The translations under genes were made by a program, and so were the position numbers. Below, piece after piece: positions 10,165-19,882 of a stretch of 42,770 bases of DNA (the stretch's first letter is position 1; the number at the start of each line of letters is the position of its first letter). Where the stretch lies: the NCBI GenBank assembly GCA_030064975.1, contig JASJDX010000005.1, positions 1 through 42,770 of the forward strand, given 5' to 3'. This stretch comes from Pleurocapsa sp. MO_192.B19. GTDB lineage: Bacteria; Cyanobacteriota; Cyanobacteriia; Cyanobacteriales; Xenococcaceae. Below the pieces are notes generated by a model. That model was not told the origin of the DNA. It made no database searches and saw only the letters and a list, made by a program, of their open reading frames with translations.

Positions 10165-10185
10165 TTAAAAATTAGAATCAGTAAT

Positions 10186-13100
10186 CTAATTGACTGCTCC
10201 TAAATCTTTCAGTTTTTCTATATTTGCATCTGTTACTCCAGTAACATTGGTACAATTTAAATTTTTGTACGGTCTTTGTGATACTAAAGTTTTAATACAA
10301 TTGCCAGTTGAGATATCCCAAAGCTTGATGCTTTCGTCTTCGCTGGCACTAGCTATTGTTCGATTGTCCAAACTAAAGGCAATTGACCAAATATAACCAT
10401 TTTTATGCCCTAATAAACTTTTAAGGCATTCACCTGTATCAAGATTCCAAATTTTTATTGTATGATCTTGACAGCTAGCTGCTAATTTCTTACCGTCGGG
10501 ACTAAAAGCAACTGACAAAAACCAACTTGCACGTGCTGAAAAAGTTTTGATACATTTACCAGTACTAATATTCCATAATTTTAAAGATTCACCTGTACTA
10601 GAACTTGCGAGCATGTTTCCATCGGGACTGAAAGCAACTGACCAAACCCAATTTTTATGTTCATTCAAAGTTTTGATACATTTACCAGTACTAATATTCC
10701 ATAGTTTGATTGATCGGTCTAAAGAACCGCTAGCAATAATTTGACTGTCTGGATGAAAAGCAACTGACCAGATAGCAGAATTATGACCTTGGAAAGATTT
10801 TAAAATTTGACCAGTTTGTACATCCCATAATTTGATTGTGCAATCTTCGCTGGCACTGGCAATAATTTGACCATCTGGACTGAAACAAACCGAATAAACT
10901 GTAGCATGATGACCCTGAAAAGATTTTAAAATTTGACCTGTGCTAATTTCCCATAGCTTTACAGTTGTGTCTGCACTTCCACTTACTAACAAGTCACTTT
11001 GTGGACTGATAGCGACCGAGTAAACCCAATTTTTATGACCTTGAAAAGATTTTAAAATTTGACCTGTGCTAATCTCCCATAATTTTATTGCGGAATCATG
11101 ACCACCGCTAATCAGGTGCTTATGGTTTTGATTGAAGGCAACTGAAAGCATTTGATTAGTGTAGCCATAAAAAGTTTTAAAACATTCACCCGTACTAATG
11201 TTCCATAGTTTGATAGTCTGATCACGACTGCCACTAAGCACACTGTCTCCCTGTGGACTGAAAGCTACTGAACATACCCAATTTTTATGACCCTGAAAAG
11301 TTTTAAGACATTCACCTGTACTAATACTCCATAACTTCATAGTCTGGTCATGACTACCACTAAGCACACTTTCACCGTTTGGACTAAAAGCTACTGAAAA
11401 TATTTGATTTGAATGACCCAACAAAATTTTAAGACATTCACCTGTATCAATTTTCCATATTCTAATTGTGTAATCATCACCGCTACTCGCTAATATCTGA
11501 CCATCTAAACTTATACTAATTGAGCGCACTCCAGCAGTATGTCCTTTAAAAATCTTTTGGCACTCACCATTATTGAGATTCCATATCTTGATGTCTTTAT
11601 CCTCACTGCCGCTCAATAGCGTTTTACCATCTGGACTAAAAACAACTGAAAGTACCCAGTTTTTATGACCTTGTAGAATCCTTATATATTCGCCTGTATT
11701 AATGTTCCATATTCTTATCTTATGATCGTCACAGGCAGTTGCCAATAAGTTGTCGTCGGGACTAAAAACAACTGACCAAACCTCACCTCTATGACCTTGA
11801 AGAGTATTTAGTAATTGACCTGTTTTAACATTCCACAATCTAACGGTATTGTCACTACTACCACTAGCAAGAGTTCTGCTATCAGAACTAAAGTTAAGAG
11901 AGACGACCCAATTAGTATGGTTATGAAAAACAAAAATTGTTTGATTATCTATAGTTTGCCTAATATAAATTTTACCGTTACTATCCCCTGCTGCTATTAA
12001 TTTCCCGTCAGGACTGAATGCAACTGACATTACACTACCGAAAGTTTCACAGAAACCCGTTTTAGTAAGGTCGGAATTTTGAAAACTTACATCGTGTAAA
12101 CAAGCACTCTGTAAATCTGCTTGCCAAATACATAAATTCGAGAAATCATACCCCTTCAAATCTGTTCCTAAATGGCAAAATAGATTAATAATATTTCCAG
12201 CCGTATATCCTGGTTCAAGTGGCGATGTTTCTTGCAGCGTTACTATAATTTCCTGGAGTTGATTTTCAAGATTTCTTTTACCTCTTAAAATAGTGAGTAA
12301 ATTATTAATAACTGGCTGGAGAATAAGTCGTATCTGAGTGTCTTTAATATAGTCTTTGGCAGTTGCTTTAATTAAAGCGTGAAAACGAAAAAGCTCGATT
12401 TTATGGCTGACAATTTCTTGACATACGTTATCTATTAATCGGCTCTTTACATATTCCATCACTACTGATTGTAAGGTGAAGGAAATGTGACCTTTTTCTT
12501 TAATTGCGTTATTCTCGATTTGATCTATTAAACACCGCCTCGACAAAGATTCTAAACCTTCTAACAAATTAAATTGTGAAACAGAACAAACTAAATCTTC
12601 TTGTATTTGAGCTAGCGTTATCGGTTCTCGATTGATTGCTAGCCAGTACATAATCTTTTCTTCAATATCTATTAAACGATTGAATTGCTGGTCTAAAAGG
12701 TCGCGTATATCCCCAAAAATTGCTGTATCTTGTCGCAAAAATTCTTTAATATTTCCTTGAAATAAATCGCGAATAGTTGTCCCTACTATTTTTAAAGCCA
12801 AGGCATTACCATTATAACGGGCAACTAGTTTGGCTAATTCAGGTTTAGAACCAGAAATTCCCTTGATTTTTAGAATTTTTGCTCCTTCTTTCTCTTGAAA
12901 ACCATTTAGTTTAAAAGATCTTACTGGCGATGTTTCTCCTTCCAGAATAGCTACTTGTTTGGGTTGTTCTCGTGTGGTTAATAGTAAGCAGCTTTGATGT
13001 TCTGATTCTCCTATTCGTTGGAATAATACGTCGTATTCTTCATATGCCTCGCCACAAGTTCCTGCTCGGCTATCATCGCATAAAAGCGATTCAACATTAT

Positions 13101-13767
13101 CGAGTATTATCAAACAGCGCGATGAGCGTAAACACTCAATTAACAAAGATATTTGTTCAGCAGTTGTGTTTTCTGGTAATTCGGCTTTAACTTTTTGTTC
13201 CTCACATAAAAATTGAATTAAATTAGTTAAAATATCTTCAATTTGTGGAGCATCTCGCAGCGAGCGCCAAATAATATAATCATATTCATCTTTTACTCGC
13301 TCTGCTAGCTTGACTGATAAAGCTGTCTTTCCAATTCCCCCCATTCCTACAATCGTTATTAATCGACAACTATCTTCAAGTAGCCATTTATATAAAGTAG
13401 CTAGTTCTGCTTTGCGTCCATAGAAATTAGATACGTCAACCGCTTCGCCCCAATCAATTCGTTTTAAAGTGCGTTTGTTGTCAGTTCTTTTTAGTGATCT
13501 TTGTGAAGTATAGTCGTTTGGATCTAATTCCAATTTTAATGCTGTGAACAAAGTAACAATCGAGCGTTTGTCAACTCCTTGATCGCGAGTCAGTATTTTT
13601 CTCAGGGTAGCAGTCGTTAATCCAGCGTGATCGCCTAACTCTTCTAAAGTAATTTTATAGCCTTGATTGTCTCGTAGTTCCCATTCGAGTTTGGCATTTT
13701 GAATCTTTTGCCAACCCTTACGAGTAAGTATAATACCACGTCTACGTTTTTGTTTCTTATTGTTCAC
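10186..13767 (-). CDS. HTH - NB-ARC (STAND NTPase) - WD40 repeat protein
   Basis: N-terminal HTH-like domain, FYGR, Walker A GMGGIGKT, Walker B LIILDN, pentapeptide-like linker, then a long array of GH...V.SVAFSPDG...SGS.D..IKLW repeats. Confidence 0.93.
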   Translation of the reverse strand: MNNKKQKRRRGIILTRKGWQKIQNAKLEWELRDNQGYKITLEELGDHAGLTTATLRKILTRDQGVDKRSIVTLFTALKLELDPNDYTSQRSLKRTDNKRTLKRIDWGEAVDVSNFYGRKAELATLYKWLLEDSCRLITIVGMGGIGKTALSVKLAERVKDEYDYIIWRSLRDAPQIEDILTNLIQFLCEEQKVKAELPENTTAEQISLLIECLRSSRCLIILDNVESLLCDDSRAGTCGEAYEEYDVLFQRIGESEHQSCLLLTTREQPKQVAILEGETSPVRSFKLNGFQEKEGAKILKIKGISGSKPELAKLVARYNGNALALKIVGTTIRDLFQGNIKEFLRQDTAIFGDIRDLLDQQFNRLIDIEEKIMYWLAINREPITLAQIQEDLVCSVSQFNLLEGLESLSRRCLIDQIENNAIKEKGHISFTLQSVVMEYVKSRLIDNVCQEIVSHKIELFRFHALIKATAKDYIKDTQIRLILQPVINNLLTILRGKRNLENQLQEIIVTLQETSPLEPGYTAGNIINLFCHLGTDLKGYDFSNLCIWQADLQSACLHDVSFQNSDLTKTGFCETFGSVMSVAFSPDGKLIAAGDSNGKIYIRQTIDNQTIFVFHNHTNWVVSLNFSSDSRTLASGSSDNTVRLWNVKTGQLLNTLQGHRGEVWSVVFSPDDNLLATACDDHKIRIWNINTGEYIRILQGHKNWVLSVVFSPDGKTLLSGSEDKDIKIWNLNNGECQKIFKGHTAGVRSISISLDGQILASSGDDYTIRIWKIDTGECLKILLGHSNQIFSVAFSPNGESVLSGSHDQTMKLWSISTGECLKTFQGHKNWVCSVAFSPQGDSVLSGSRDQTIKLWNISTGECFKTFYGYTNQMLSVAFNQNHKHLISGGHDSAIKLWEISTGQILKSFQGHKNWVYSVAISPQSDLLVSGSADTTVKLWEISTGQILKSFQGHHATVYSVCFSPDGQIIASASEDCTIKLWDVQTGQILKSFQGHNSAIWSVAFHPDSQIIASGSLDRSIKLWNISTGKCIKTLNEHKNWVWSVAFSPDGNMLASSSTGESLKLWNISTGKCIKTFSARASWFLSVAFSPDGKKLAASCQDHTIKIWNLDTGECLKSLLGHKNGYIWSIAFSLDNRTIASASEDESIKLWDISTGNCIKTLVSQRPYKNLNCTNVTGVTDANIEKLKDLGAVN

Positions 13768-13897
13768 AATTTATAAAAAGGCATGTATACAACTACATCA
13801 ACAAACTTTAGATAAAATTGTAAAACTAAATGTATTTTACTATTATGAAATGCTATAAAATTTTAATTATTTATTAAACTAAATGAATTTTATTTAT

Positions 13898-15211
13898 TTA
13901 CTGTAATATCTCATTTTTAAAATACTTATTCAAAAGCGGTTCGCAGATAAATAATCCTTCCTTTTCAATAACTAATGAACGTTTTATTAAGGATTCTAAA
14001 ATAGTTATTTGTGTAGATAATCTTATCGATAAACGTTTTTGAAGCTGCAGGAGCGAGATTGGTTCGGGAGAAATTGCTAGTTGCTTATAAACCTCTTTCT
14101 CTTGTAATGATAATCTTGTGTGATGTTGCACTACAATTTTTTTACTCTGGTCACATAAAAATTTATCTTGTTGCAAAAATTCACGGATATTACCTTTATA
14201 TGTAGTTCTAATTATTTGGGCGATTGCTTTTAAAGCTAGTGGATTAGCCGAAGAACTTTCAATCAATGCATTTTGTTCGGATACTGTCCCTAATAAATTT
14301 TTTTCTCGAAGAATCTTTTGTCCTTCAAGTGGTTGTAAACCATTTAGTTTCATCAAACGAATAGGCATGTTTTCTCCAGCCAAAATTGCTGCTTCTTTAG
14401 GTAGTTCCCGCGTTATCAGCAAAAAGCAACTTTGATGAGAAACTTCTCCCATATATCGTATTAGCTGACTATAATTTTTATATTTCTCTTGATAGTATCC
14501 AGAACAAACCCCTGCTTGCATAACTGTTTCAACTTCATCCAAGACAATTAAACAGCGATGTGAACGCAGATAATTAAACAATTCCGAAAAGCTGCCTTTG
14601 ATGCCATTTGACAACTTCGTCTCAGACATTTGTTTGTCAGATAAAAATTGAGTTATATCGGTTAAAACCTTTTCAAGTAGTGGCGGTTTTTTTAAAGATA
14701 TAAACAATACGTATTCAAATCTATTTTTAATTTGCTCTACTAGGCTAACTGATAAAGTCGTCTTTCCGATTCCCCCCATTCCATAGATTGTTATCAATCG
14801 GCAGCGATCTTCTACTAACCATTTTTTTAGGGTAGCTAGTTCTGTCGTCCGTCCGTAGAAATTAGATACGTCAATCGTATCGTCCCAATTTATCCATTTA
14901 ATAGTACACTTGTTGCTATGCTTTGATGGTGAATCTAATAAAGTATAATCATTCCCAGTTAATTCCAAGTCAAACGCCATAAAGAATTGAACAAGTGTTC
15001 GTTTGTCTACCCCTTTTTTGCGTTTCAGTACCTTAAAAACTGTGTTGTAAGCTAATCCAGTTATCTCACTTAATTCTTCATAAGTATGCTTTTTTCTGAG
15101 TTGACCTTGGCTTTCCCGTGAGGATATTGTTGATTGAAGTTTTTGTAAGCCTTGCTCCGTAAAAATCAAGCCCCGACTGCGTTTCTGCTTTTGCTGATTC
15201 ACAATAAACAC
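13898..15211 (-). CDS. HTH - NB-ARC protein lacking the WD40 sensor (paralog of the downstream gene)
   Basis: Same N-terminal domain (RGLIFT..G.QKL...GVDKRTL), DVSNFYGR, GMGGIGKT, LIVLDE; ends after the winged-helix region. Confidence 0.88.
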   Translation of the reverse strand: MFIVNQQKQKRSRGLIFTEQGLQKLQSTISSRESQGQLRKKHTYEELSEITGLAYNTVFKVLKRKKGVDKRTLVQFFMAFDLELTGNDYTLLDSPSKHSNKCTIKWINWDDTIDVSNFYGRTTELATLKKWLVEDRCRLITIYGMGGIGKTTLSVSLVEQIKNRFEYVLFISLKKPPLLEKVLTDITQFLSDKQMSETKLSNGIKGSFSELFNYLRSHRCLIVLDEVETVMQAGVCSGYYQEKYKNYSQLIRYMGEVSHQSCFLLITRELPKEAAILAGENMPIRLMKLNGLQPLEGQKILREKNLLGTVSEQNALIESSSANPLALKAIAQIIRTTYKGNIREFLQQDKFLCDQSKKIVVQHHTRLSLQEKEVYKQLAISPEPISLLQLQKRLSIRLSTQITILESLIKRSLVIEKEGLFICEPLLNKYFKNEILQ

Positions 15212-15500
15212 CTGCTTTGATATAGATAAGTTTTTTGTGCAATTGTCAAGACTATTGAGATGTAATGTTCTTAGATATGGAAAAACAATTTTCGTTTCAA
15301 ATCTATTTAGTTTTATTCCTCAAAAAAATCTACACCTAAGCCAAAAAATTAACCCTTATGAAAGCATTCAGTATTTTTTATATTTAAAAGATCTATAAAA
15401 ACTGCTTAAAAAACATTGTTACAAATTTTCAAACAATTTTCAATTCAATGAGGTACAGTACATTACATTTTTGGGAAAACATAATATAATCCAATTCAGG

Positions 15501-15870
15501 ATGAGACCTTACTCAAAAGAGTCACGACAAAAAATAATTGATACATATCTAGAAGGACAAGAATCAATCAGACAAATAGCTCAACGCTTTAAAGTGAGCA
15601 AAAGCTTTGTCCAAAAATTATTAAAACAATACCAACAAACTGGAACAGTAGTTCCCAAACCTCGTCGAGGGGGGCGACTACCAAAATTAAATCCCAAACA
15701 GATAAATTTAGTAGCAGAATTAGTCGAACAAAATAATGAAGCTACTTTACAAGAGCTATGCGATATGATCGAAAGTAATACTGGAGTTAAAGTTAGTCGT
15801 TCAACAATGAGTAGAATCGTACGAAAACTCAAATAGTCTCTTAAAAAGCGTCTCTAAGCAACTGAAAAAA
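15501..15870 (+). pseudogene. IS630-family transposase N-terminal HTH fragment
   Basis: MRPYS...RQKII..Y......SIRQIAQRFKVSKSFV...EATLQELC......GVKVSRSTMSR; stop at 15836 and no DDE domain follows. Confidence 0.75.
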
Positions 15871-15871
15871 A

Positions 15872-15995
15872 GGCTTTTTTCCCAGCAGTAAATTATGCCC
15901 AAAATGCGGGCCTAAAAAAGAAAAACTCCCACTATCTGTGAGAGTTTTTGAATGCGATAAATGTCACAAATGGAATGCAGATCGGATCTTTGCTC
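15872..15995 (+). pseudogene. tnpB C-terminal zinc-finger remnant
   Basis: Translates as FFPSSKLCPKCGPKKEKLPLSVRVFECDKCHKWNADR, the TnpB PSSK.C..CG...L..R...C..C....DRD pattern; not in the ORF track. Confidence 0.75.
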
Positions 15996-15997
15996 AT

Positions 15998-16192
15998 TCA
16001 ATCTGTCTCTTCATGTTTATTTTGTTGAACAGCTTCATAACCGACTCCGATGACAAAACCCAAAGTTGAGCCGGCAATAATAAAAATTGGTTGGCGCGAT
16101 CGCGCCGAAGTTGTGTGATTGACTACTAAACCTAGTATTGCTCCTACTAAAGCAGTCATAATCCCTGAAAAAACGAGCATTTTAAAGTTCAT
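15998..16192 (-). CDS. small two-TM membrane protein
   Basis: MNFKMLVFSGIMTALVGAILGL...IAGSTLGFVIGVGY. The track's longer start at 16288 runs into the tnpB promoter and intron, so ATG at 16192 is preferred. Confidence 0.65.
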   Translation of the reverse strand: MNFKMLVFSGIMTALVGAILGLVVNHTTSARSRQPIFIIAGSTLGFVIGVGYEAVQQNKHEETD

Positions 16193-16233
16193 CTGTTCTT
16201 CGGCGTTTCCAATTAGGTTGTTTACATTTAATG

Positions 16234-16242
16234 TGATATAAT
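16234..16242 (+). promoter_or_regulatory. extended -10 promoter (TGnTATAAT) for a probably leaderless tnpB transcript
   Basis: TGATATAAT ends 7 nt before ATG at 16250; no RBS in between. Confidence 0.6.
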
Positions 16243-16249
16243 GTGAAGC

Positions 16250-18634
16250 ATGACTGAGCGGTGCGAACTGTTCGCACGAAATTAACAATAATCTAGATGA
16301 TTTTGTTAAAGGATGAGCGAATTTGTCAAATTATGACAAATTAAACTCTGTATCCTGTAGGTTTAATTCCTACCCACCAAACCACAGGTGTGAATACATA
16401 ACCCACATTTTATGGATTGGCTATCTATAACTTGCGGTGCATGGGTTAAATGCGGGTAACTCGAAACTAATAAGGAATCCCCAAAGAGTGAAGTTAGACA
16501 TGAGTAACGTACAGTGAATGTGCTATAAAACAGTCATAACATGACCTGTAGGGAAATTAGTTGATAATCTAACGAAAAAGGTTAGAACGCGAGGTTAGTG
16601 GTCACAGAATAATGGACTGAGCAACTGAGCTAACAAAGGCGTTTCACCCACAGGGACTAAAAATGGAGGATTCGTTGATGCCTAATCGTTCGATGGCATT
16701 GTGGTGGTACATATATCCCCTGGCTGAATGTGCAACTCTAAATCTAACGTGAAAGGATACTGAGGAACAGGAAAACCCCTAATATCCTATGAACCAAAAG
16801 GAACATGGCACTGAACCTTCTGAGAGAAATAATAAAACAGGCACGTTCAATATTTGTCTCAGTAACTACCTCGCCATCTTAAGTTAACACAACTTATACT
16901 TACTATGTAAATATATGAACTGTTAGCTTCAAGGAAAATGTTCATCAGATTTCATAAGGAAAAGCCTATCCGCAAGGAATTAGGGAGCAGGATAACCTAA
17001 GAAGCCAATGCCCTACTCGAAAGAGCAAGAAAACCAGGTGCTAAAACCCTGATAATCTGCGGGATATGCTGACGTAGGTTACGTATTCATAGAGGATACG
17101 ACTTAGTAAAACCTTAAAAGGCTGAGACATTGAGGTCTACACCGTGGTCGCAGCTTATGCCTAATACACAACTTGATTACAGTGAACTTGACTGAGCTAG
17201 GCAATTGTCCCTTGGCGAAAGGTGATTACAATACATCGAACGGTTGAGAAACACCAAGGATGAGTTAGTGTGGGATTAAAAGGGTAAGAACAGCGTTAAA
17301 CAATCCGAGTCTCTGACATAAGAGTAATCTTGAAGAGGCACCACAACATTGGCTATGAACGAGGAGCGGTATGAGGTTAGAAATTCTCACGTACCGTTTT
17401 GAATTAGAGGTGATTAAAGGTGACTTTAACATCGACTATAACTGCTTACAAATATCGATTTTTCCCAACTGTCGAGCAAGAAAATCTCTTGCGACGGACA
17501 ATGGGTTGCGTGCGCTTGGTCTACAACAAAGCTTTGGCTACCAGAACCGAAGCTTGGTATGAGAGACAAGAGAGAGTTGGTTACAAAGAAACCTCTGGTC
17601 TTCTTACTGGGTGGAAAAAAGTTGAAGAGTTGAAGTTTCTTAATGAGGTTAGCTGTGTACCTTTGCAGCAATGTTTGAGACATCTGCAAAAAGCGTTCGC
17701 TAACTTCTGGGGTAAACGTGCCAAGTATCCAAGGTTTAAAGCTAAACGCTATGGTGGTTCGGCTGAATTTACCAAGTCGGCGTTTAACTATCGCAATGGT
17801 AGTTTGTGGCTTGCTAAGTGCAAAGAACCATTGAATATAGTTTGGTCTAGATATCTTCCTCAAGGTTGTGAACCATCTACGGTTACAGTCAAACTCGACA
17901 AGAGTGGTCGCTGGTTTGTCTCTTTGCTGGTAGATGACTACACGATTCAAAGCTTGCCACCAACGGAGAAAAAAGTTGGTATTGATGCAGGTATCTCCAG
18001 ACTGATAGCTACCAGTGATGGCGAAAAGATAGCTAACCCAAAGCATTTTAATCGGCTGTATCAAAAGCTCAAAGTAGCGCAAAAGGAATTGAGTCGGAAA
18101 ACCAAAGGCTCTCTTAACCGATATAAAGCGCGACTTGAGGTAGCTAAAATACACGCCAAAATAAAAGATGCTCGTACCGATTTCCTGCACAAGTTGACTA
18201 GTCGCCTGGTTCAAGAAAATAGCGTAATTGCTATTGAGGATCTGGCGGTTAGAAACATGGTCAAAAACCACAAGCTGGCTCGTAGTATTAGCGATGCTGC
18301 TTGGGGTGAAATGTTTCGTCAACTTGAGTATAAATGTGAGTGGTACGGACGAAAACTGGTCAAGATTGACCGCTTTTTCCCTAGCAGTAAACGATGCAAC
18401 CATTGCGGGTTTGTCGCTAGGCTGATGCCCCTTGACGTTCGTACCTGGGATTGTCCCAGTTGTGGAACTACAGGCATCGATAGAGATATCAATGCTGGGA
18501 AAAATATACTCGCCGCTGGGCTGGCGGTGATTGTCTGTGGAGCGGACGTAAGAGTTGATAGACATAGTTCTAAAAACCAGTTGCGAAAAACTTCCAACGG
18601 AAGAAGGAAACAGAAACCGTTAGAGTCGAGGTAG
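16250..18634 (+). CDS. tnpB: RNA-guided endonuclease TnpB, intron-split: join(16250..16260,17443..18634); ancestral last codons displaced to 23742..23751
   Basis: ATG ACT GAG CG|T GCT TAC AAA TAT gives MTERAYKYRFFPT. RuvC motifs VGIDAG, IAIEDL and DRDINA and the CNHC/CPSC zinc finger are intact. Joining 18618 to 23742 restores ...KQKPES*. Confidence 0.9.
16261..17442 (+). ncRNA. ORF-less group II intron (IIB-like), 1182 nt
   Basis: 5' GTGCG; domain V GAGCGGTATGAGGTTAGAAATTCTCACGTACCGTTTT (~17363-17400); domain VI ending ...CTATAAC. Candidate EBS1 CGTTCG (16687-16692) in a hairpin loop pairs with exon end TGAGCG. Removal restores the tnpB frame. Confidence 0.9.
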
Positions 18635-19882
18635 CTGTTTCCAGCTTACCCCTCTCTTCCGAAACCGTGCTTGTCAATTTCTCGACACACGGCTACTCAA
18701 ACGTATCCACTTTGTCATTACCTGACCTCTTCATCACTGGGTAACTACAGGAATATCATCTATCCAAATGTAGTCAACTTTTGACCACTTTTTGACTAAT
18801 TTCTCGAAGAAAATATCTGATTGTTTTTTCCTGATATGTATTAAATCCAGTGCTGTTTTTGCGTCGTGGCAGTGACCATGTAGGAGTTGAAGATTGTCTT
18901 GTTCATTTTTTTCCACCGAGGGCGGTGGCAATGATGTGGTCTTCTTCTAAAATATCTCCTTCTTTAAAATATAGTTGGCACCAGTTGCATTTGCCTTTTT
19001 GTTTCTTGAGTTTCAGGGCTTTTGAGGTTGGCATTTCGGGATGCCTACCCATTCTGGTACTCCAGTAAACCAGATTGCCGTTGTAAGGGCTTTTATCGCC
19101 TTTGACTTTCACATAGTCAGTGGAATTACTTCCGAACTCGCTATGAAAAAATAACCGAAGAGGGTTCGCATCCCCTTCTCTGGTTGCGAATATCCAGTTT
19201 TTCTTACCTAGTTTTGTGTAATATTTATCGCGAGCAGCTTTAATATTTCCACATCGGTGTCTACCCCATGCTCTAAGCTTTTGATAAACAAGATAATCTT
19301 GTCTTGAAAGCTCTTTGACTGTTTGTGCGTCAGAGTGTTTAAAGTAGTTACACCATCCCCTGATAATGGGATTAAGCTCATTGATTAATTGTGCTTGTGA
19401 GGAGTTCTTATGTTTCCTGATGGTGGCTTTTATCTTCTCTTGATGTGTTGAACAGGATTTTTTTGAGGGGGTTATGAGTGTTTTGAAACCTAAGATATCC
19501 CTATTACCATTTTTTGATGATTTATGAATACCCGCAGGAAATTGTCGGATGTTGTGTCCTAGAAAATCAAATCCTGCTGTTCCGTCCTCACTCAATTCTG
19601 GGTAGAGAGTATGAGCAATTCTGGTTTTGCTTGGTTTCAATTCTAAGCCAATGTCTTTTAACCACTCTGAAATCAGCTTTTTGCACTTTTGGATTACCTT
19701 GAGGTCTTTATGTAGAACAACGAAATCATCAGCATATCTGATGAAAGTTAGGGATTTTACCTTTGATTGCCAACTACATTGAGAATTAGGTTTCCCTTTT
19801 CTTCTCATGTCTATGGTTTTGGCAAATTCCATTAACTTTTGTTCAATTCCATGAAGAGCTATGTTAGCCAATAGAGGCGAAC

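Noticed and set aside
15453-15466. GTA-N8-TAC NtcA-like box
   Set aside because: Spacing to TATAAT is 18 nt rather than about 22, and it falls where the IS630 left end is expected.
16412-16440. Alternative intron 5' end at TTGCG (16432), with exon MDWLSIT in frame and CTATAAC matching the intron 3' end
   Set aside because: GTGCG at 16261 is canonical, gives a TnpB-like MTERAYKY start with a promoter, and matches the candidate EBS1. No EBS1 for TATAAC was found.
17426-18565. 379-aa antisense ORF over tnpB
   Set aside because: No recognisable motifs and fully opposite a conserved gene; treated as a shadow ORF.
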